Shown here piece by piece: positions 1-13,107 of a stretch of 64,000 nt of DNA. The notes below the pieces were generated by a model that saw nothing but the letters and a program-made list of their open reading frames with translations, made no database searches and had not been told where the DNA came from. Source of the DNA: Lytechinus pictus (Eukaryota). The number at the start of each line of letters is the position of its first letter. Positions within the stretch are counted from its first letter, which is position 1. Both the position numbers and the translations under genes were made by a program. Where the stretch lies: positions 14,818,001 to 14,882,000 of the forward strand of contig NC_087247.1 in assembly GCF_037042905.1 (NCBI RefSeq), given 5' to 3'.

Positions 1-397
1 ATATCAAGTTGGTTTATAATAAAAGCAGACAAATGAGAGAAATGTTTTCCGAAGGTTTGACAAAAAGACATAATAACACTTATGAAGTTTACATGTAGGC
101 CGTATTCTAAAAAAAAAAGGTTTCAATTGTACCATGGTACAAAATCATGAACTGTACAGATTTCTTTTATATCATGCTTATTAAATAAAGCACCCTTTGC
201 CATAAGTGTGTACTTATAATTGTCTTTTTTAACTAAAAATTTTAAGTACACTGTATATATGTGATAAAACATGGCCTAAAAATGTTTGTTCACCGTAACA
301 GAGGTTGAATAAGGATCGGTCACCGTCAGGGTTTAAAAAAATATTTTTTGGGGTTCTTCCTGTGTGATAAAACAGTAAAGCATACCACTTTCAAATT

Positions 398-1143
398 GGG
401 TTAAGTCCACCCCCCCTCAAAAAAAAAATATTGATTTTAATCAACAGAGAAATATCAAACAAGCATAATGCTGAAAATTTCATCGAAATCGGATGTACAA
501 TAAAAAAGTTATGACATTTTAAAGTTTTGCTTATTTTTCACAAAACAGTTAGGTATGCACAACTTTGATATGCAAATGAGAGAGTCGATGATGTCACTCA
601 CTCTTTCTTTTGTTTTTTATTGTTTGAATTATATGATATTTTATATTTTACAGATTTGACAATAGTGACCAACTTGACCGAACCACAAAATGTTGAAACA
701 ATGGTAATAATAATAATAATAATTGGATTTATATAGCGCTTTTTCTAGAGGATACAAAGCGCTGTTGATGGCATAAGACATGATTCAAACCTAATAGGTT
801 TATGGTTATATAAGTGTCTTTTGAGATTGTTTTCTTAAAACCGTACCACATGTTCAGGGAGGAAAAATCAATGTTTCACATGAAAATGAGGAGAAAATTA
901 AAACATTTTACAGTATATCTTATGATGAAATACAAAAGAAATAGTGAGTGGGTGACCTCATTAGTCCCCTCATTTGCATACCAGCCAGGATGTGCATATA
1001 ACTGTTCTGTGAATTTAAGCGAAACTTTGAAATGTCATAACTCTCTTATTTTACATCTGATTTTGATGAAATGTTCAGTGTTATGCTTGTTTGATTTTTC
1101 TCTTTTTATTTAAATTAATTTTTTCTTGGGATGGACTTGTCCT
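398..1143. mobile_element. Non-autonomous Kolobok-like MITE (family A), with an internal insertion at ~707-838
   Basis: Ends ..AAGTCCACCCC / GGGATGGACTTGTCCT|TTAA with long imperfect inverted arms; homologous to 41907-42405 and to the partial copy at 20255-20412. Confidence 0.75.
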
Positions 1144-2187
1144 TTAAGTTTATCAAGATTTAAATTAGGGTCTATGCTTAAAGACTAACCAAGATTGGTC
1201 TGGAATTTGAAACCTACTTTGGGATTGACATAATTTCTGTGACTGTTTAGGGGGAATGAATGTGCTGTGATGTAAACGAGTACATTTACGGACTCATGAA
1301 GCTAATCCCTCTTTATCCTCGTCAAGGTTTCAACCAGACTCGGGCCGGCCCTGGGCCAGCAAATTTCCAGATGTAACAAATAAAGGGTCTTAGGCAGAGT
1401 TACCTGTTCTTGGTCTGAACATTAACAACGATTTAAAAAAAAATTGTAAATTTGAATGGAATACATGTCCTGTACAATTTTGTAAAATGTTTACACAATA
1501 ATTTTTTTTAAACCATGATTTGGTGTTTTTTTTTTTTTTTTTTTTTTTTTTTGGGGGGGGCATATTTGGTGGAATGCTGGGCAGGCTAATGGAGAAAAAT
1601 TAGCAACAAGAAATGAGGGTATTCAATATGCCAACACTACATTTAAGCTTGAGGCATATTTTTATGTAAATGCTCAAGTAATATCAAGGCCATATTATTA
1701 TGACATTCAAACCCCAGGGACTTGACGTCCTAAAATGGATTAGAACACCGCCGATTAATTACTTCCTGTTTGAATGTGCAAAGTTCAACTTCACTGCCAG
1801 CCAGTGCCAGCTGCATGTGTTGCAAACTCCTAGATGCATTCCTCTGACATGTAAAAGGAAATGGTTGAAATTAAGGTAGCTGACATGTGTTGATGTTCTT
1901 TCAGTTAGCTCTTTTACAGGTTCATTGTCTGCAAGACATGAGACCTTGACTTTGATACATGATTGAATTTCAGTTTGTTTGGTATACTGTAAATGATGAT
2001 ATTTTTTACATAAATTTTTGTTTAAAGGCTATGTTTGTGCTGCTTTATTTTCATAAGTGCAACAGAATGCAACAAGATTTATTTATTGTGACAAAATTTG
2101 ATTGCTGTTAAAACATAAGTATCCACAATGTGTATGTAGGCCTACATGTATATTATTAGAAAAAATGTTTGATGAATTGCAAATTGT

Positions 2188-3241
2188 CAGAGACTCCAAC
2201 TCTCCTGCTCTCGGCGGGAGATCTCCCGCCGAAAGCCCATTTTCCCAAAATCTCCCGTTCTCCCGCTTGAGATTTAATATCTCCCGCCCAGACTCTGTTT
2301 CTCCCGCTTAAGATGTATTTCCCCCCCCCCCCCCCTTAAAATGATCTTTCTCCCGCCCAAACACCTTTTTAAAAACTGCAATTGAATTTTCATATCAAGG
2401 TAATTAGAGCGTCAAAGCTGTGCGCAATCTCGTTGCGGGAGCGAGCTATCAAGATAGCATCATCCTCCTATAGGCCCTCCTACGTTGCATATACCAAAGA
2501 ATTGATAACATGACATGAATTGATGACTATATATCATTAGAATGTAAAAAGTGAGGATATTCCTTCGTTTTGGTTTCTAGGAATACCATGTGAAATAATT
2601 TGAGAAGCAGTAAAATTGCTGATAATCAACTTTAAGCAATCTTACTCCAGAGATCATCATCAGGGGCCCGTTTCTTAAAGGACTTGCAACTGTTGTAACT
2701 TTGCCATTATCACGATTATGGCAACTACCATGGAAACCTTGGTTATGATTGGCTGCTGAGCCCTTTTACCATGGTAGTTGCCTTTTTTTTTTGTGGCAAA
2801 GTTACGTGTAAGTCCTTAAAACAAGCCCCATATGAGACAAGATGGATATGGAAATGTCAATTTAAGGTGAGGTCGTATTTATTATGTCTTTACTGGTTGA
2901 TACGAATAAAGATCGCAAAAATGTATGGTTTTGTAGATGCTTATCAAGTTCATATACGTGCACGAATAATGATATATAAAACCAAAATGTATGATTTGAT
3001 TCATTGAATTGTTATTTACTTAGAGCCATCATATATTGAAAATTAGCCTGAGATAGCACGGGAGAGCATCTAGGACCCTAGAGCTTCCAGGGCCCTTAAG
3101 TGGGCCCTATACACCCCGGCCGCAAGGGACTTCGCGCTCGTGGTGTGCGCTTCGCGCAAATCAAGTTGGAGTCTGCAGTTTGCTTGGAGATCCAGGCGGG
3201 AGAATCTCCAGATCAGAAGGTGCTTGGGGGTGGAGTCTCTG
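2188..3241. mobile_element. Non-autonomous hAT-like DNA element with apparent 6-bp TSD; nested MITE at 2663-2829
   Basis: TIR CAGAGACTCCA...TGGAGTCTCTG; flanks AATTGT at 2182-2187 and 3242-3247; repeated subterminal TCTCCCGC. Confidence 0.8.
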
Positions 3242-4979
3242 AATTGTTGATATAATAAAAATCAGGAGGGTCCTTTAAATGTTGACAGCTCTGTAGCAAT
3301 GTTTCAAAGAGTAACTAGACTCTTGCAATACCCACGTTGACATTGAAGAATATATTATAAATCAAAATATGAATTTACTGTGAAACATGCATTATCCTGC
3401 AACGTTTTGATAGAATGCAACCAATCCATGTGGAATAGTTGGGTCTTCGTAAGAATGAAGTTGCTGCTCTCGCCCACTGCAAGGTGGATGAGCTTCAGCT
3501 TGCATCTTCTCTTCATTAGAACAAAGATTAAATTGGTATGCATGTGTATAGGCCTGCTGCTTATGATGTATCCAGTAACTGTGTGTGGTACATGTACAAG
3601 CATGCTCCGCAAGGCATTATGGGAGTACTGGAGTAGTGCTTAATTCAGTTTGATGAAAATGACAAACAACAAAATTGCGGGCTAATTTGTAGTTTACAAG
3701 CAGCAGGTTCTGGGAATTGTCTTGTAATTTTCAGGAGATTTGGGTCATTATGGAAGAGAACATGAACTGAGCCGGGAATAGTAATTTTGTAATTTATTGA
3801 ATAGTGCCAGCACATGACAAGACTGGTATCAATACTATTTGACGTTTATAGTCCTTTGGTTCTTGTTCCTGCTTTCTCCAAAGTCTCCATTAAGTACAGT
3901 ATTATTCATGAAGTATATGAAATGTTCTCAGACATTTTTGTGTATTTTGCACATCAAAGACATATAGAGTGTTGACTTTGCACTCAGTCTCTAAATTACA
4001 AGGATTTGGAATAAATCCAGATGATCCAATCAGTTGCCAGCCAAATATAGATTTAAACCTTATGGATTTAAATATACGCTAAAAGATTTGAACTTCAATC
4101 ATTTAGAGTTTTGAAAAGAGTACACTAGTACTTAACATTAAAAATAAAGCCAATATTCGACTGATCACTACTCACAGCCAATATGGATTTATTGTAGATC
4201 CTTCAAATTTATATGCTTGATTGAACCAGCTGGAGGCGATATAGTCTTGCCTCTCCAGACCTTGACATTCTGACTCTAATACATGAATGAAAAAACAACC
4301 AGCAACAAACTGAAATGAGAATGCAGTTTTATTTGCAAGGTTGTTTTAGCCTGTTTGCGTTGAGCGAGTTTGCCTTAGCTGACAGTACATGTACTGTGGG
4401 TCCATACTCCATAGACCCATGCTACTGATAAATTTTGGGTATTGTGTTGCCTAGCTGCCCCAGAATTAGCAGGTGGGGGGGGGGGGGGGGGGGGGCTCAT
4501 GTCTGCCCACCTAAAAATTGACCATACAATTAAACATGAATTTCTTTAAAACTCCACTGAATATTTTCTGTTGATGCATTTATTTTACGCTTTTCGTGCC
4601 GATATTCATGGCCAATCATTTTTCAGATTAAAAAAAAAAACCCATGGTGCCCAATGTCTGCATGCCCATTCACTTTACACGCAATAAGGGGATTTGAAAA
4701 TTGATGAGAAAGGCAGCATTTTGGGGCTGCTATAGGAAATGCCAGAATTTCAATATTATTTCACCATTTTGGCTCAGATTATAATGAATATAAATATCTG
4801 TTTTCATATTGCATATGTAAAGTTTGTGGTTACTGCTTATCTCCTTTTATTTATTTATTAGAATCATGAACACAAGGGGCGCTGTGCAAACTTAAAGCAC
4901 CACACTTTACCGTACTTGAAATGACCATCCTTATCATTCAGCCATAAAGTCATTCTTCAATTTGTTTCATTATTTCTAG

Positions 4980-5146
4980 GAGATGTAGCCTCTTGTTCTC
5001 CCACCCGTGATGACGAACCTTCGTTCACACCTGAGTTTGAGACGGGAGACCTGGTCTGGGGTCAAATCAGAGGTTACTCATCTTGGCCAGGGAAGCTAGT
5101 TAGTGATGCTGAGGTCAAAGGTCAAAAGAAGAAGGAAGAAGGCAAG
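4980..5146 (+). CDS. MBD5: MBD5-like exon (PWWP N-half)
   Basis: ttctag|GA GAT...GGC AAG|gtaaat; DVASCSPTRDDEPSFTPEFETGDLVWGQIRGYSSWPGKLVSDAEVKGQKKKEEGK. Confidence 0.92.
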
Positions 5147-8057
5147 GTAAATTAAAATGGAAAGTTGTTTGATACTTCCTCTAAAAGTAGTTGCAGTTTT
5201 ATTTACATGCTTGAAGCTTTGATGGAGTTTGTTTCAACTGCCAATTCTTGCTACATGTATTAAGCGTAAATATTGAAAAGCATCAGCTATTTCAACGTGT
5301 CTTTACTGTTGATTAAAGTTTAACTTAGATGCCTGTTTTCAGCCAAAAGTCTTACCTGACAACTGTTAAAAGCTACTGAAATTTGTGCATCTTGATTGGC
5401 TCATAACAAATATTAATGAGTGGAAATCACTACCAATTTACTTTACTCCCCATATATTGGAAACTGAAGACTGAATGTAGAGTGGGGACTACTTAATCAC
5501 CCATGATATGTTTATTTTAGTCATGTGGAATTGCTTGTGATTTTGATGTTTTTATATTAAAAATCACATGTCTAGTTTTGCAAGAACAGGAACTGTACAT
5601 TTTTAAGGATGGTCTCAAACTTTTGCATGCATTGGATACAATTTTTTCACGAATCCTGTAGTCTATTGAAAAGTCATATTTTTAGAATAACTTCCCACTA
5701 TTAAAGTGACCATGTGTTTGAATATTTATTTTCATATTTACCAGTATTACATTGATAAGCATTTTCCAATAGCTCTTTGAAAAACAGAACTTCCAAACAA
5801 TAATGTCCAGTATCTGTTTAATAGTGTGTTGTGCGTAAGTGTAGTGTGCACTCTCACGTCCCTGCTTGGACACACATCCTGGTGCGATTGTTGTCAAAAA
5901 AAAAAAAAAATTTGGATTCTGATGGCATCGTACCAGGGAAAAAATTACACAGAGGGCTGGGTGGCGATTTAGCCCCCGAACTGCTCAAAAGAGCCCTGGA
6001 AATCCCCATTCATCATTGCAATAAATAAAGCTTTAATATCCAATGTTGCAGATTTAGGCCGTATGTTGTAAGAAATAACCCCAGAAAATAAAAACAATTT
6101 TTTGCTTGCATCATACTCTTGGCGCAGAGGGTACTTTTCAATCTTGAATAATTGAATTGAATTGGTATGGTTTATTGAAAAAATATCAAACAGGCAGCTC
6201 GCAGGCTGAAAATTTTCAATTTACAAGCAAAAAATCAACAGAGATAGTATAATTTTACAATGGTGAGAGATAAAGCAAAAAAGAATAAGCTATATTGACT
6301 GCCTGGAGTTCACTTGTGCCTGCTGCAGCTCATTTGTAGCGTGTCTTCATTCATGACCTTTGTTTGGGGGAGACATTGAAGGATGTGAAGAAAGAAAATG
6401 AAGAAATACAACATGCTATTCCTTTTCCATTTATATCCTTATAAGTATAAGGTTTGAATTTAAATATCAGAAAGCTGAAAAAAACCAAGAAGAGTATCAA
6501 AATATTTTACTCTCAGATAGAATGTATAAGTATCAATTGTGCTGTTGTCACTTGTTGTGTTGGTACATGGGTTCCCGGATTCTGATCGCATCGGACAGTT
6601 TTCTTTAATTTTTACTTCACCGAGTACATACTGTGGTGTGTGCAGTTATTATGCTGTTTCCTTTGACCTGCATTACTTGTGGTATAACATTACATCTTGC
6701 CACCATTCTATGATATCAACGTTCAATTCAATTCAAGTATGAAATACAACATGATTGTTGCTAAACCTGCTTTTATGCCATTTCATTGTAGGTTTGGGTG
6801 ATGTGGTTTGGGGATCACTCCTTTACTCAAGTTGAACCAACCAAGTTAAAAACTCTCACCGAGGGTCTAGAGGCTCATCACAAAGCAAGAACGAGGCATA
6901 GAACAAGGTAACATAATATTAGGCAGCCACTTACCATATGGTCTGCTGTAGGCGTTTTGTTTTTAAGATAACCTTTGAGTCATTTATTTTTTTATACACA
7001 AAGATTTTGTTGTTGAAGAGGGTTGATTATGTACATGTCTGCAAACTTTAAAAGTAAAAATAAAGAAAAGTGGACCTAAAATAGACCCTTGTCGGGTGCC
7101 ATTTATAACTTAGATAGAGATTTGTTTCCTATTAGAAGTGTAATCCAAGTGAGTTAACTGTTATGTGTTAAAAGTGAAGCTTATGAAATATGTCAATTAA
7201 CTTTTTTAGGGTGAACTTCCCCTTTAATCATTTGAAGAAATATTCAACCTGAGATCGTGTCCATGCATTATGCTTAACTTTGCACTACTGCTTGTATTTT
7301 ACAATTTTGAAAGGCACCGGACATTAACGAGCAGTTTAGAGGCAGCCATCCAGGAAGCTATGATGGAGCTGGATAATAAAGCAGAACAGGTATGGAATTA
7401 AATGATTTGGGAATGTGATCTAAATCTGTATGATGTAGAAAACCTGCTTTCTGAAGATTTAAATATCATTGGTTTCTGCTTGTGTCCACTAAAGATGGTT
7501 GCTGGAGATGTATGTTTTTGGGGTCATCTTTTCGTGGGTGGTGGTCTTTTGATTATATTTTGGGGTCACAAGGTTAATGGTCACTGAGGTCATTTCATAC
7601 TTAGTAGTCCATTCCAGCAGTACAGAAGCGCTTGACAGATAAACTTTGAATGCAGATAGGAATTAAGGTGATGTGATCAGATTGGGGTTATAAGGTCAAA
7701 GGTCTTACAATGACATGGATCATTAGCAAAATAAATAGACAAATCAGAAATAAACTAGGTTAAAAAAAGATTTATCAGAAATAAACTCTGTTGACTTGAT
7801 GCACATTTTAGTGAAAACAAAGTTTTATGATGCATAATATATTTCAAATCCAGCAATGGCAGAGGCATAAATTGCCTTTGTATAGATGAGAAATTGTACT
7901 TATTTTGTTCAAATCATAAAATTCCTTTCTTTTTGTTACTCTGTCAGGAATAAAAGCAGCTCCTTTTTTTTCTCTTCCTTATTTTTAGGCAAATGAAAAG
8001 AAGAGGAAAGCGGGAGCAAGAGGGCGATCACGGCTGAAAAGGCCAAAAATCAGATAA
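4980..8057 (+). CDS. MBD5: MBD5/MBD6-like protein, C-terminal PWWP-domain part (5' exons not identified in this window); join(4980..5146,6792..6907,7314..7389,7989..8057)
   Basis: Spliced translation ...FETGDLVWGQIRGYSSWPGKLV...EEGK|VWVMWFGDHSFTQVEPTKLKTLTEGLEAHHK...|HRTLTSSLEAAIQEAMMELD...|...KRPKIR* closely resembles the vertebrate MBD5 PWWP/C-terminus as I recall it (GDLVWGQIKG..SWPGKLV...KLKTLTEGLEA...LEAAIHEAMSELD). All junctions are GT-AG with consistent phases. Confidence 0.9.
5932..6110 (+). repeat. Interspersed repeat fragment shared with 26430-26612
   Basis: Both contain ggcgattt...cccc.aa.tgctcaaaagagc.ctggaaatccccattca...gca.atttagg...tttttgcttg. Confidence 0.8.
6792..6907 (+). 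CDS. MBD5: MBD5-like exon (PWWP C-half)
   Basis: ttgtag|GTT TGG...ACA AG|gtaac; VWVMWFGDHSFTQVEPTKLKTLTEGLEAHHKARTRHRT. Confidence 0.92.
7314..7389 (+). CDS. MBD5: MBD5-like exon
   Basis: tgaaag|G CAC...GAA CAG|gtatgg; HRTLTSSLEAAIQEAMMELDNKAEQ. Confidence 0.88.
7989..8057 (+). CDS. MBD5: MBD5-like terminal coding exon, basic NLS-like tail
   Basis: Long pyrimidine tract, then tttag|GCA; ANEKKRKAGARGRSRLKRPKIR* (TAA 8055-8057). Confidence 0.85.
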   Translation, partial: ANEKKRKAGARGRSRLKRPKIR

Positions 8058-8728
8058 GAAAATACCACATTTTCACTATCATTAATCTTGTGATGGCCTT
8101 AACTATGTGATTTAAGTATTCCTATGAAAGAATTGGTTTTATTTATGAGTGTGTGATTTTATGATCAAATTTTATAGTATTGATTTATTTTTCTGGTACA
8201 TCCAGGGGAAATGAATGTTTTACCTTTGTAGGTTCAACTAAATCAGGTGGGATATCTTATTGTCAAGTTGATTTACAAATGAAAAATGTTATATATAATT
8301 TGAAATGGAAAAAGTGCACAAAAAATTGCACTGAATCTTGTATGCTGGATAAATTTTTAGCATTCTCTCTGTATGTTTCCACTTACTGACGAGTCAAGTG
8401 AACCACCCCACCGCTTCCCCCCCCCAAAAAAAAATGATTTAGAAAATTTCATTTTCTCCTGTCTCCTGTAACATTTGAAATTCAATTCATTTTTTTTTCG
8501 TATGTATTTCATTTGCCATTTTGTACAAAATGATATTAATTGGGGCTTGTCACTTATGGCAGAATTCCAAAAATTGAATCAGAGCAGAAAAAACAACAAT
8601 CAAGTAAGTGGCTATGCCCTGTATATCATCCCTGAATCTAATCTTATGCAATCATATTGGTTCTACATCCAGATAGTGGGATTGGGATTCCAGCTCAATG
8701 GTAATTTTTCATGTATTTATCTACAAAA

Positions 8729-9107
8729 GGGCCGTCTGCACCATCCCGAGTTTTCAAATTAGCGCGCTATTTCTGATCCGACAAATTATCCCGATCTGAA
8801 CAATCTCGAGATTATTTGCAATGGAGACGCAATTATCGCGCTAGTTCGTAGGATTAATCTCGAGATTGCAATCCCAAGTCAACTTGGGATTATTTGCAAA
8901 ATAGCGCGCTAATTCGTAGGTGCAGACGCACTAGGGATTATTTATTCACGGCGTCAGACCATAATGCATCGATGCCTCGCTCGAGCCGGAATCGCTCTTC
9001 TTGCGATGGTGGCGACAGGGTTTCTTGAATCTCGAGATTAATCGCGAAGAGGACCGATCGGGCTAAAATCTCAAGATTGAGCAAACTCTGGATGGTGCAG
9101 CACCGCC
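8729..9107. mobile_element. Palindrome-rich MITE (Harbinger-like ends)
   Basis: Ends GG..CTGCACCATCC / GGATGGTGCAG..CC; internal inverted repeats AATTAGCGCGCTATTT / AAATAGCGCGCTAATT and three AATCTCGAGATT palindromes. Confidence 0.75.
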
Positions 9108-11785
9108 TTTGGACACTCAAAGGGAAAGAATGGACACTTGGGTAATTTTTTGAAACATACAATTTTGCTCATTGTGAAGGGTGCCCAACAGTGTTGAGTA
9201 AGCAAACCTTTGCACTTCAACACACAGTAATGTGTGAAGCATATGGGGTAAATGAGAGGGAGGGGGTTAGCGAGAGGGCACAAGGGCGGCGCATAGGAAT
9301 AATTTCACCTCTCCATTCGCAGTAACCTTTAAGATATATGCATATATTATTTTATCAAGATTTTTTTTAAAAAAAGCTTAAAATGTCAAAATCACCCCCT
9401 CCACCCCTCTACCATTTCCCCCATATGTTTTGTACAAATCCCAAAATGATGATATGCGAATGTATACCTACCCAATGCTGGCGGGCGTCCTTTCCAAGCG
9501 TTTCATTATGCGCTCTTTTGAGTGTCTTGTCTTTACCTTAATATAGTGTCTCTGATATCTATGCCAACAGGAAAATTAGTTTTGTTCGTTTACAAATTAA
9601 AACCATTTTCTTATTGCCCAATTCAAATATGGAATACATGTATACGTCTCTATGTTTCTGTACAATACTTACAATGACTGCGATCTCTATGTTGCTATAT
9701 TTTTAAAGGGGGAGTGAACTGTGTGTGGTCTCTCATTGACTGTATATTATAAATACATAGTCTTAAAATATACTTTTGTCAGATATCTACTAATACTACA
9801 GAGAATAAATTGACCTATAATTGTATTTGTATAGAGAAACTAAAATGTTTTGAGAGGAAAATTAATTGTTTTGCTACTTGGTAACATAACTATTGCGGTA
9901 TAAATGTATTAGGTAGTTAATTAGCATGTTATCATTCAAGTGGGTCTATATTACTAGACTACACTAGCATTATGGGTCAGGAAACTGGCCAGGTATGAGT
10001 AGTTGAGGACTCGAGATGGCGCTATTGGTTCGCTTTAAGAAATATTTCAGATTTAATATCAGGGGAGTATTTCACAAAATAAATACTGATTTTCACAATT
10101 GTTATAAGCTACTGAAATGAGTGTAGCTGATTGGCTGAGAGAAATTTGTCAGTGAAAATTGCTTACAGTTGCTTCATAAAACACTTCCCTATAATAGAAA
10201 AAAAATTATAGTGATTTCTTTCTGAAGATTGATGATTGTGTTTTGATTTGTAGCTCTTGAAATCTTAAAATTGATCGTATTCCATGCCCATTAATAAAAT
10301 ATACTTTGCCAAAATATTGTGTAGAGATTTTTGGTTGAGAAAATTTGATGGCCATTCCATCTTCATTGAAAAACAGGAATGCTTGGAAGCAAACATTTTG
10401 GTTTTATATTGTTGTTTCAATGATGTAAAGAGTAGCAACAATGTTTAGTGGGCTTATGTTACAAGACACCACTTTTAAAATGTTATATCCATTCATTGTA
10501 AGGACCCAGAACCTATCGAAGTACATACATGTGCTGTAGTTATGGTTAATTATGTTTTGTTCAGAGTAGCTGATTTGCTTTAAAGGGCAAATCAACCAGC
10601 AGCCTTAATGAATAGCCCCATCTCAAGTTCTTATTTGTCCAGGTTTATTACCCATAATGCAAAATTTGAGCAGAGTAGTCTTGTGATACAGGCCCACTTG
10701 AATGGTAAAACATTAATATACGTTCATATCACAATTGTTTTATCAAGGAGCAAAACATGCTTTTCCTCCCAAAATCATTTTAGTTATCTACATAAATAAT
10801 ATATGTCCATTTATATAGCACAGTTACTATGTGCATATACTCAACTGCGCTTTGATACTTGGTATCATATTATCAAATATAATTATATGCTAATTTATTT
10901 TCTAAATTATCAATAGTTGTCTCAATTTTTAGGTATATTTGGTACTTGACTTGTATGTCAATAGAGACCTGACACACACTCGCTCCCCTTTAAATGGGGA
11001 ATTTTCCTGATATAATGTAGTGCATTTTGAATGCTTTATTTTGGCTTTGGATGAAAAATTACCCTTCAAATCAATCTCTTACACTCTGTTATGTTTTTTA
11101 TTCAAAGATTTACAAGTATGTATTTGTACTATTGATAGTATAGGTCTCTTAACGAATGGGCATAAATATCTCCTTGTCTTTTCTTTTAAAGAATACATGT
11201 ACTAGGACTTATCCTTGGTGCCTGTTATATTTTCAGCAATAATATTGAACAAAGTTTATGCATTTCATGTTGAAATTTTATTTGGTGATCAACTGGCTGG
11301 CTATCAACACATTTCTTGTTTTCTTGACTTCATTTCTCTATTTTCTTGGTACATGTACACTTCCAATGGAGATTTCATACATGTAGGTATTGCCAATGAA
11401 ACTCGGTATCTTTGTTTTAATTTGTCACAGATTTCATGAAGTATGCCTTTTGACCTACATATAAATCAAAAAGTCAAAATGTTCAATTTTGAATTTTATT
11501 TGTATTTAAGATGTCCATACAGAGTTTTACTCTGATGTCTTATGTTAATACTATATAGTGGTATCTTCAATTTTCAAAAGTATTTGTGTCTCCTTATTGA
11601 TGACGTCACTGGGATTTTTTAATAGCCACATGGGTTTTTCAGTTTCATGAAGTATGACTTTTTGTGGATGTTTCAACTATGTGCTAGAGTACTATTATAT
11701 ATTGTCACATTTATGGATCACTTATACCAGTGCTATAGTGAGCCACATTTCCTCAAAAAGCATACTATTAAAAATAAACTTGCTT

Positions 11786-12037
11786 ATATAATGCCTAATA
11801 CCGCTTTTAATCAGAAGTCTCTAAACACTTTATGCAACACCCTATAGCTTTGGTTGAGATGCTGTTACGCGCTCAAGCGCTTCAAGGAATTAATTCTTGC
11901 CAGGTACCCATTTACCTCACATGGGTTGAGTGCAGCACAATGTGGAATTTCTTGCTGAAGAAATTACACCATGGTTGGGACTTGAACCCACTACCCTCTC
12001 TTTCAAAGTCTGGAGACTAATCCACTGGGCCATAACA
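11786..12037 (-). mobile_element. tRNA-derived SINE
   Basis: On the minus strand: A-box-like TGGCCCAGTGG, B-box GGTTCAAGTCCC, core CTCAACCCA..TGAGGTAAATGGGTACC; same family as 19867-20176, 44388-44627 and 56797-57080. Confidence 0.85.
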
Positions 12038-12834
12038 TTGGAAAAAGAGGCATATTTTAATTAATTTACGCAATATAGGCCTGATTTATCCAGTTGAGAA
12101 ACCTTGTGCGCTAAAGGCATACTTCTTGAAAATGGTGACGAATTCTGAGCAGTTCATGTAAATTATGTTCAAGGATGTTATGGTGTATGGAAAACTTCTC
12201 TTCAACTTTAAAAGAATATATATTTTGTTATAAATTATATGCTACATTATGTTATCAGGGTCATTTGACCCTTTGTATATTTTTATTTTACTGTACAGTG
12301 TAAAAAGTACTTTTTACCATTATCAGTACTGATTTAATAAAAAATACTCATGTTTTTTTAGTGATGTATAGTACCATCTCATTTCACTGTGTAACCCGAT
12401 GACTACTGAATTTTGTAATTCTTATAGGCTTTATACTGGTAGCACCCAGTTCTAGGAGGCAGTTGGTTATGTACATGTATCTGCAGCAATGATCATAGTT
12501 CCTGACAATATTAATTGTTTTGAAAACAAGCTAAATATTGCATATATGGTAATGGTTGTGCATATTTTCATATATACATGTAGAAGAGCATTTTCTCTTT
12601 ATTCCACTGGTGTTGTTTTGAAGGAATATCTATAGCCGAAAGCTTAATTATCCCAACAGTTTTGGATGAGGAAAAAAGGTTCTGAAATTGTTTATTACTT
12701 CACAATGACAATCATGTTATCATATTTGCCCAGTATTCTCACATTTTGAGAAATACATATTTAGCTGTTAAATATTTTTTAGGGCAAAAAGTATTTAAGT
12801 TATTGAAAACAAAAACCAAAATTTAGCCACTGTC

Positions 12835-13107
12835 CAGGCGCGGATCCAGGGGGGCTGCGGCACAGGGGGCACGTTCCCCCCCCCCTTTTTAGAAGCAAAA
12901 TAAAATTGTAATGTAAAAATGCCATGAAAACAGAGGTGTGCCCCCTCTTTTGAAACTAAAGGCCTTTTTTTTTTTGCTTGTCTAATTTTTCGGGTACGAA
13001 ATATCCTTAATTTGTCGTTGAAAACCTTTTTTGGGGGGGAGGGGCTTGTCAAAATTTTCCTCCGAAAAATTTACCCCCCCTTTTGGAAAATCCTGGATCC
13101 GACCCTG
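12835..13107. mobile_element. hAT-type MITE with 8-bp TSD
   Basis: TIR CAGG..CGGATCCAGG / CCTGGATCCG..CCTG; TSD CCACTGTC at 12827-12834 and 13108-13115. Confidence 0.9.

Noticed and set aside
814-1113. 99-aa ORF and similar ORFs (20242-20491, 16674-16868, 12795-13209, 17642-18280, 38265-38681)
   Set aside because: They lie within non-coding MITEs; similarity between these ORFs reflects repeat homology.
5112-5124. Perfect DR1 AGGTCAAAGGTCA in the MBD5 exon
   Set aside because: Explained by the codons for E-V-K-G-Q; no independent support for a regulatory role.
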